Shown: piece after piece, positions 60,001 to 64,000 of the stretch
Layout of the letters: every line of letters begins with the position of its first letter
Position numbering within the stretch: position 1 is the stretch's first letter
NCBI GenBank assembly: GCA_002633005.1
Contig: NMRA01000395.1
Span: forward strand, 316,757-380,756
DNA from: Phoronis australis
Taxonomy: Eukaryota; Animalia; Phoronida
Length of the DNA stretch: 64,000 bases
Reading direction: 5' to 3'
The notes under the pieces: model-generated
What the model was told of the DNA's origin: nothing
What the model saw: the letters and a program-made list of their open reading frames with translations, nothing else
Database searches by the model: none
Position numbers and translations under genes: made by a program

Positions 60001-62784
60001 TGTAGGTACGTCATCGTTCGCATGTACACGTTCATGGACTGGGCACTTATTTCAGCAAAGTCTGAAAACGTGTGGGGGGCGCTTATAGGGGCATGGGCGG
60101 TTATTACGGCGAATACGGTATGCCCACTGTGTGCATCACAGCACAGATACAAGGCATTGCACACAAACCTTTTTATCATTTTGTGCCTGTGTCTCGTGCT
60201 CTTCCATTCATTATTTACGTGTCGCACGGAACACTGTTAAAAAGCATTTTTGGAATTTTTTGTCGTCAACATAACGGCCAGTTATTCAGCATCAAATTTA
60301 TACAACACAAAATATGTCTTCGTTCAAATGTCAAACAATGTTACATTGGTCAAACGGTCTGCAGTCTTTCCCGTCGGTTACCAATACATCTTCAAAATGG
60401 CGTCATTCAAGATCATTTTCTGCAATGTCACAAACGTAAAATCACCCGTCAAGAAATAGAGGAAAACACGTCAATTCAGTACGTAGAGCAAGATGTGCTG
60501 CGATTGAAAGTATTAGAGTCCCTTTTAATTGCTTTTGAGAAGCCTGTTTCGAATGAGCAGCAAAGAGGGTCGCGCCATACGTTACACTTGTCTTGTTTGC
60601 GTGACTTTCCTGTTACCCCCCTTCATTAGTCATTCTTTGCAGTATTTCACACCCGCCGTGTCCCACTGTGTATGTCTCCAGCTTATGCTCTGTGGTGGCA
60701 TCACTGCGTCATTTTATACTCACTTGAGAATGAAACTAGTATGTTTCGAAATATCGTGTAACTTTTAATTATGTCGCTAGGCCACTTACTTCATCTATGT
60801 TCCGTTGAGAGTAGAGTTTTATTCCGAAGAAATGAATGAAACGGAATAAAGACTCAACAATAAAAAGTGTCGTGTGTTCAATCAATTCTGTATAATTATC
60901 CAAAAATATGTTAGGGATGAATCGCACAGGTTGCATGTACTTTTCTGCGTCCTGTCGGCACACCTCTGATTGATCTTTGTGACATGTAAAGAGGCGGGTA
61001 CTGCTTCAAACCCGACTCACTTCAGCCACAGTTCACAGGAAAAACAGCTGTTGTAAATATAAGTGAGACAATAAACAGGTTTACAAGTAAAGATATCAAC
61101 TCTAACAAAACTACTTATGAATTTCTTGAAACCAACCACTTTTAGGTAGTTGCATTCGGTCCAAAACTCATCATCTGTCGTCATTGAGATCCTGTAGAGG
61201 ATTTACATAATACAGCAGCAGGCACCAGACATTGAGATCCTGTAGAGGATTCACATAATACAGCAGCAGGCACCAGACATTGAGATCCTGTAGAGGATTC
61301 ACATAATACAGCAGCAGGCACCAGACATTGAGATCCTGTAGAGGATTCACATAATACAGCAGCAGGCACCAGACATTGAGATCCTGTAGAGGATTCACAT
61401 AATACAGCAGCAGGCACCAGACATTGAGATCCTGTAGAGGATTCACATAATACAGCAGCAGGCACCAGACATTGAGATCCTGTAGAGGATTCACATAATA
61501 CAGCAGCAGGCACCAGACATTGAGATCCTGTAGAGGATTCACATAATACAGCAGCAGGCACCAGACATTGAGATCCTGTAGAGGATTCACATAATACAGC
61601 AGCAGGCACCAGACATTGAGATCCTGTAGAGGATTTGCATAATACAGCAGCAGGCATCAGACATTGAGATCCTGTAGAGGATTTGCATAATACAGCAGCA
61701 GGCATCAGACATTGAGATCCTGTAGAGGATTTGCATAATACAGCAGCAGGCATCAGACATTGAGATCCTGTAGAGGATTTGCATAATACAGCAGCAGGCA
61801 TCAGACATTGAGATCCTGTAGAGGATTTGCATAATACAGCAGCAGGCATCAGACATTGAGATCCTGTAGAGGATTTGCATAATACAGCAGCAGGCATCAG
61901 ACATTGAGATCCTGTAGAGGATTTGCATAATACAGCAGCAGGCATCAGACATTGAGATCCTGTAGAGGATTTGCATAATACAGCAGCAGGCATCAGACAT
62001 TGAGATCCTGTAGAGGATTTGCATAATACAGCAGCAGGCATCAGACATTGAGATCCTGTAGAGGATTTGCATAATACAGCAGCAGGCATCAGACATTGAG
62101 ATCCTGTAGAGGATTTACATAATACAGCAGCAGGCATCAGACATTGAGATCCTGTAGAGGATTTACATAATACAGCAGCAGGCACCAGACATCAGTCGTC
62201 AAGACAAAGATGACAGCAGAATGCATCTATTATTTATTTGTATTTAGACAATACAGCAGTAGGCCCAAGACACTGGTTGCCAAGACAAAGATGGCAGCAA
62301 CATGCATCTATCATGTATTTGTATTTAAGTTGCGACAAACCTTAGAGAATCTTTTTTATTTTGTATAACTGGTATGATGTTTGAGTGATGTGTGTTATGT
62401 TTCAGTATGAAGACTTTGACAGACAAGTCAACATCAACAGTTGGACCTATACAGTCACTTGAGAATAAAAATGCTCTATATTGACCAAAAACAAGAGTGC
62501 TAGGAGTTATTTCAGTTGATGCTACACGTAATGGGTAAATCATTGTGAGCACTTGACACAGACACTGTAGAAAACAATGGTCTCAAGTCAGCAAGTGTTC
62601 ATGGAAAAAAGCAAGCTGGCAGCAATACCAGGTATAAAAGGAACGACAGTTGATATACATTGCACTGATTGAGCAATCCTACCTTAAAGCTTTTGTTGAG
62701 CGCTTCTGATGAAGTGAATACTGTTCTGATAGTGTTGAGCAAGAACGCAGGATCGTCAGTCTCTACAAACTTCTCAACAGCTGA
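35892..62784 (-). CDS. HECT-domain E3 ubiquitin ligase (UBE3A/HECTD2-like); spliced gene span, 5' exons off-window
   Basis: 17 phase-compatible GT-AG exons giving [56 protein letters not shown]...GFGL*. Confidence 0.95.
36527..36741 (-). CDS. HECT E3 exon ([11 protein letters not shown]...[13 protein letters not shown]...QSDR)
   Basis: gactag/gtgatc, 215 bp. Confidence 0.95.
36983..39312. mobile_element. Possible TTAA-flanked non-autonomous DNA transposon hosting the Harbinger MITE
   Basis: TTAA|GGCAGGTAAATACAC ... GTGTATACACCCACCC|TTAA imperfect TIRs; internal inverted GGGCGGAGCTTA motifs. Confidence 0.35.
38183..38580. mobile_element. PIF/Harbinger-like MITE
   Basis: About 40-bp imperfect TIRs GGCCCGGTCTCCAATCTTT.../...AAAGATTAGAGACCGGGCC with CAG (CWG) 3-bp TSD. 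Confidence 0.75.
39660..41765 (+). mobile_element. 5'-truncated non-LTR retrotransposon (LINE) relic
   Basis: RT motifs [28 protein letters not shown]; C-terminal CxxC...DEQHF..C; ends near AATAAA; many stops. Confidence 0.85.
40417..40910 (+). mobile_element. hAT-like MITE copy 1, nested in the LINE
   Basis: TIR CAGGGCTTGGAAT/ATTCCAAGCCTTG; flanking direct repeat ATATGG. Confidence 0.85.
41765..42292. repeat. 17-bp minisatellite (also 39440-39575, split by the LINE)
   Basis: GGGAGACCTTAGTTGCT units on both sides of the LINE. Confidence 0.92.
42395..42493 (-). CDS. HECT E3 exon ([33 protein letters not shown])
   Basis: tgacag/gtaagt, 99 bp. Confidence 0.95.
42891..42959 (-). CDS. HECT E3 exon ([23 protein letters not shown])
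   Basis: tttcag/gtatgt, 69 bp. Confidence 0.93.
43192..43696 (+). mobile_element. hAT-like MITE copy 2
   Basis: TIR CAGGGCTTGGAAT/ATTCCAAGCCCTG; flanking direct repeat TTAAAT; similar to copy 1 along its length. Confidence 0.85.
44129..44206 (-). CDS. HECT E3 exon ([26 protein letters not shown])
   Basis: tttcag/gtttgt, 78 bp. Confidence 0.93.
44592..44835. repeat. 34-bp minisatellite x7
   Basis: AAACTTAATAATACAGCGGGAGTGAGCGATGAGC. Confidence 0.96.
45707..45894 (-). CDS. HECT E3 exon ([14 protein letters not shown]...[10 protein letters not shown])
   Basis: tctcag/gtatgt. Confidence 0.95.
46094..46141 (-). CDS. HECT E3 exon ([16 protein letters not shown])
   Basis: ttgcag/gtaaac, 48 bp. 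Confidence 0.92.
46230..46870. repeat. 30-bp (46230-46388) and 34-bp (46487-46870) minisatellites
   Basis: CTGAACAAGTACAATAACGTGCATCGTA.. and CTACTGTGTGCATAGTGACATCGCTGATATGCGC. Confidence 0.9.
47050..47167 (-). CDS. HECT E3 exon ([27 protein letters not shown]...WING)
   Basis: ttgcag/gttagt; conserved HECT N-lobe motif. Confidence 0.95.
47875..48272. repeat. 60-bp minisatellite duplicating a HECT exon end and donor
   Basis: GACAAGTATATACACACCTGCCCACCA...GTGAATGTCTGCATA..GACAGGG x about 6.5. Confidence 0.93.
48258..48420 (-). CDS. HECT E3 exon ([26 protein letters not shown]...[14 protein letters not shown])
   Basis: ttttag/gtgtgt; start of HECT domain. Confidence 0.9.
48650..50380 (-). 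mobile_element. Two tandem HINE/DINE-1-like (Helentron-associated) elements with about 150-bp core repeats
   Basis: Terminal hairpins at about 49575-49606 and 50345-50376, followed by GTCC-like microsatellite and diverged subunits each bearing GCCACTAGGTGGCGC-like motifs. Confidence 0.6.
50456..50496 (-). CDS. HECT E3 small exon ([14 protein letters not shown])
   Basis: tttcag/gtatga, 41 bp; needed to reconcile phase 0 with phase 2. Confidence 0.75.
51318..51395 (-). CDS. HECT E3 exon ([26 protein letters not shown])
   Basis: ttgcag/gtcagt, 78 bp. Confidence 0.87.
51528..51825 (+). mobile_element. Penelope-like element 3' relic with inverted duplication and hammerhead-like motif
   Basis: 47-bp inverted repeat; [13 protein letters not shown]-terminus typical of PLE ORFs; CTGATGA-stem-G(T)AA motif at 51697-51738. 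Confidence 0.6.
52007..53700 (+). mobile_element. HINE-like element spanning the assembly gap
   Basis: Hairpin TACTTGGCGAAAT-AA-ATTTCGCCAAGTA at start; CAAGATGGCGGCTGTGGCG core motif on both sides of the gap. Confidence 0.45.
52212..53150. other. Assembly gap (N run); second gap at 56485-56560
   Basis: Runs of N. Confidence 1.
54100..54960 (-). repeat. Older diverged copy of the 48650-50380 core-repeat family
   Basis: GCCACTAG-like motifs at about 54388, 54783 and 54938 with similar flanks. Confidence 0.5.
55058..55169 (-). CDS. HECT E3 exon ([11 protein letters not shown]...[12 protein letters not shown])
   Basis: tgtcag/gtaagt, YPFLL motif. Confidence 0.9.
55712..55840 (-). CDS. HECT E3 exon ([20 protein letters not shown]...FYIPELSR)
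   Basis: tgacag/gtactc, 129 bp. Confidence 0.88.
56090..56724. repeat. About 40-43-bp and 63-bp minisatellites either side of a small gap
   Basis: CATCCTATTCTATTGGATGACCATGATATGTACA.. and TCAATAAACCTGTCACAGACTATCC.. Confidence 0.9.
57254..57462 (-). CDS. HECT E3 exon ([10 protein letters not shown]...VKPNQR)
   Basis: ttgcag/gtaaat, 209 bp, phase 0-2. Confidence 0.85.
57983..58072 (-). CDS. HECT E3 exon ([30 protein letters not shown])
   Basis: ctctag/gtcagg, 90 bp. Confidence 0.8.
58380..58463 (-). CDS. HECT E3 exon ([28 protein letters not shown])
   Basis: tttcag/gtgagt, 84 bp, phase 0-0. Confidence 0.8.
58510..58690. repeat. 33-bp minisatellite (resumes at 60119-60143)
   Basis: CACAGCAAGTTGATATATGCCCACTGTGTGCAT. 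Confidence 0.9.
58691..60118 (+). mobile_element. Tc2/pogo-like MITE with TA TSD, inserted in a 33-bp minisatellite
   Basis: TA|CCATATTTGCCGTAATAACCGCCC ... GGGCGGTTATTACGGCGAATACGG|TA. Confidence 0.9.
60240..60770 (+). mobile_element. Penelope-like element relic, GIY-YIG endonuclease C-terminus
   Basis: CYIGQT..LSRRL..H...LESLLI...P..NEQ in ORF 60072-60629. Confidence 0.75.
61182..62192. repeat. 48-bp minisatellite x21
   Basis: CATTGAGATCCTGTAGAGGATT(C/T)(A/G)CATAATACAGCAGCAGGCA(C/T)CAGA. Confidence 0.98.
62683..62784 (-). CDS. HECT E3 exon ([34 protein letters not shown])
   Basis: tttcag/gtagga; resembles UBE3A VFSSAEAL..SF segment. Confidence 0.85.
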
Positions 62785-63412
62785 CTGAAAGACATTAAGG
62801 AAACAAAATGAACCATTTGGTAAACATAAGTGGAATTATTGAGACACAATAAAACAACGGCGATATTTTCTCAAATGAGACAATATTATTTAGTCTCAAA
62901 GTGTGTGGAATGGTTCCGCACTTTTTTAATATCCATTTAGGGCCAAAAAAATGGTATGTAACAAATCTATACCTTACCCTTAACATGTTTACAATGTTAC
63001 ATTTTTATTTCCTCAATTAGCATTTTCTTAATTAGAAGTTCAATTTTTGCCTTGCGGAATATTACGCACTGAGTGCGGAATATTCCGCAGATTTTGCGGA
63101 ATATTACGCAGATTTTGTGGAATATTACGCACTGCGCAAGTTTTGTGGAATACTGTGACTTGAGAAATATTAGGTATATTTTGTGGAATAATCAAAATAA
63201 TTATTTTTAAAAATCAATGTGAAAGTTCCAGAAGGGTTCCACAAACAGAAAAGTTTAGCACAGGACTAAAATTTTTAATTTTCTACCAGCCCAATAAACA
63301 TGAATTACATTCCATTCTCAATAGTACTTGAGAGTATAATGTGCGGAAAGGTTCCGCAAACAGAATAGTTTTTTGGAGAACACAATTTTTTAAATTCTCA
63401 TGACCAATAAAG

Positions 63413-64000
63413 TCAAAAGAAGCAGGAACGGGTAACCGGTGATCCACTGAGGTGTTGGAACAAGGGGCCAGGAGAGGGCTGAAAAGTAGACAAGAACAAG
63501 GTTAGGGCAGCTAGTGGGCAATGGGGAGATTGTCTGGACGGAATTGTAAGTGACACTGGTCCCGAGCTGTGCTTGAAGGTCCGCATAGTGATGACCACAG
63601 AATCGCCAGAGGGGGGGAAGAAGACGTCGCTGACCTGTATGACGTGGGAGGAGAGCGAGGAGGTGACTGTGAATTCACCGACCCTCAGGAAGGCATGGAA
63701 GGCTAAGAGGAACATAGCACGTGCGAGTACCGAGTCCGCAAAAGAGCCGAGTGCAGAAGGGCAGGCGTCAAACAAGCGGTGAAGCAAAGCGGAAGTAATG
63801 GGCATGCGTGTGTCAGAAGAAGGGCGCAGATTGGAAGTGCCTTTTAGGATTTTTTTGATAAAAAAGGAGGAGGTGGGGTCAGGGAGGTTGTCAAGCTTGT
63901 GGACAAAGCTAATGGCAGAGACAAAGGACTGGATAGACGAGCTACTAAGCCCAGATTCGAAGAGATGAGAGATGTAGATGGCCAAGAAAGAGGTATTAAT
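63413..64000 (-). mobile_element. Second Ngaro copy: tyrosine recombinase fragment, truncated at about 63417, continuing off-window
   Basis: High similarity to 8245-8825; same FHAFLRVGE region. Confidence 0.9.

Noticed and set aside
61171-62185. Long repetitive ORFs (also 3384-3769, 4497-4865, 35020-35319, 46174-46913, 47577-48208)
   Set aside because: Artifacts of stop-free minisatellite units inside introns or UTRs
62325-62552. Additional HECT exon ([13 protein letters not shown]...)
   Set aside because: Phases do not fit; 62683 splices cleanly to 58463, which supplies the expected LDV..VRRAY segment

Overview
Intron-rich animal genomic DNA (invertebrate; mollusc/lophotrochozoan-like repeat content is my inference). 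It contains the 3' parts of two convergent genes. (1) Plus strand, 559-31617: cytoplasmic exons of a single-domain R3-type receptor protein tyrosine phosphatase (Ptp10D/PTPRB/J/O-like). The exon encoding the WPD loop and catalytic HCS is present twice (15916-16067 and 19863-20014; both 152 bp, same phases, 26/50 aa identical), the signature of a mutually exclusive exon pair. This is the top finding. (2) Minus strand, 62784 to 35892: 17 phase-compatible exons of a UBE3A/HECTD2-like HECT E3 ligase whose 5' end is off-window. The introns hold: a structurally complete but frameshifted Ngaro-type tyrosine-recombinase retrotransposon with split direct repeats and an SGNH hydrolase ORF placed first (6995-13130), plus a second partial copy; a decayed Gypsy element with tRNA-Leu PBS that carries a fold-back THAP transposon; a LINE relic; two Penelope-like relics with hammerhead-like motifs; several MITE families, one with a 6-bp TSD; HINE-like elements with about 150-bp-spaced CTCF-like motifs; and many minisatellites, several of which abut or duplicate splice sites. 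All exon calls were made by manual translation and splice-phase checking; no database searches were run.
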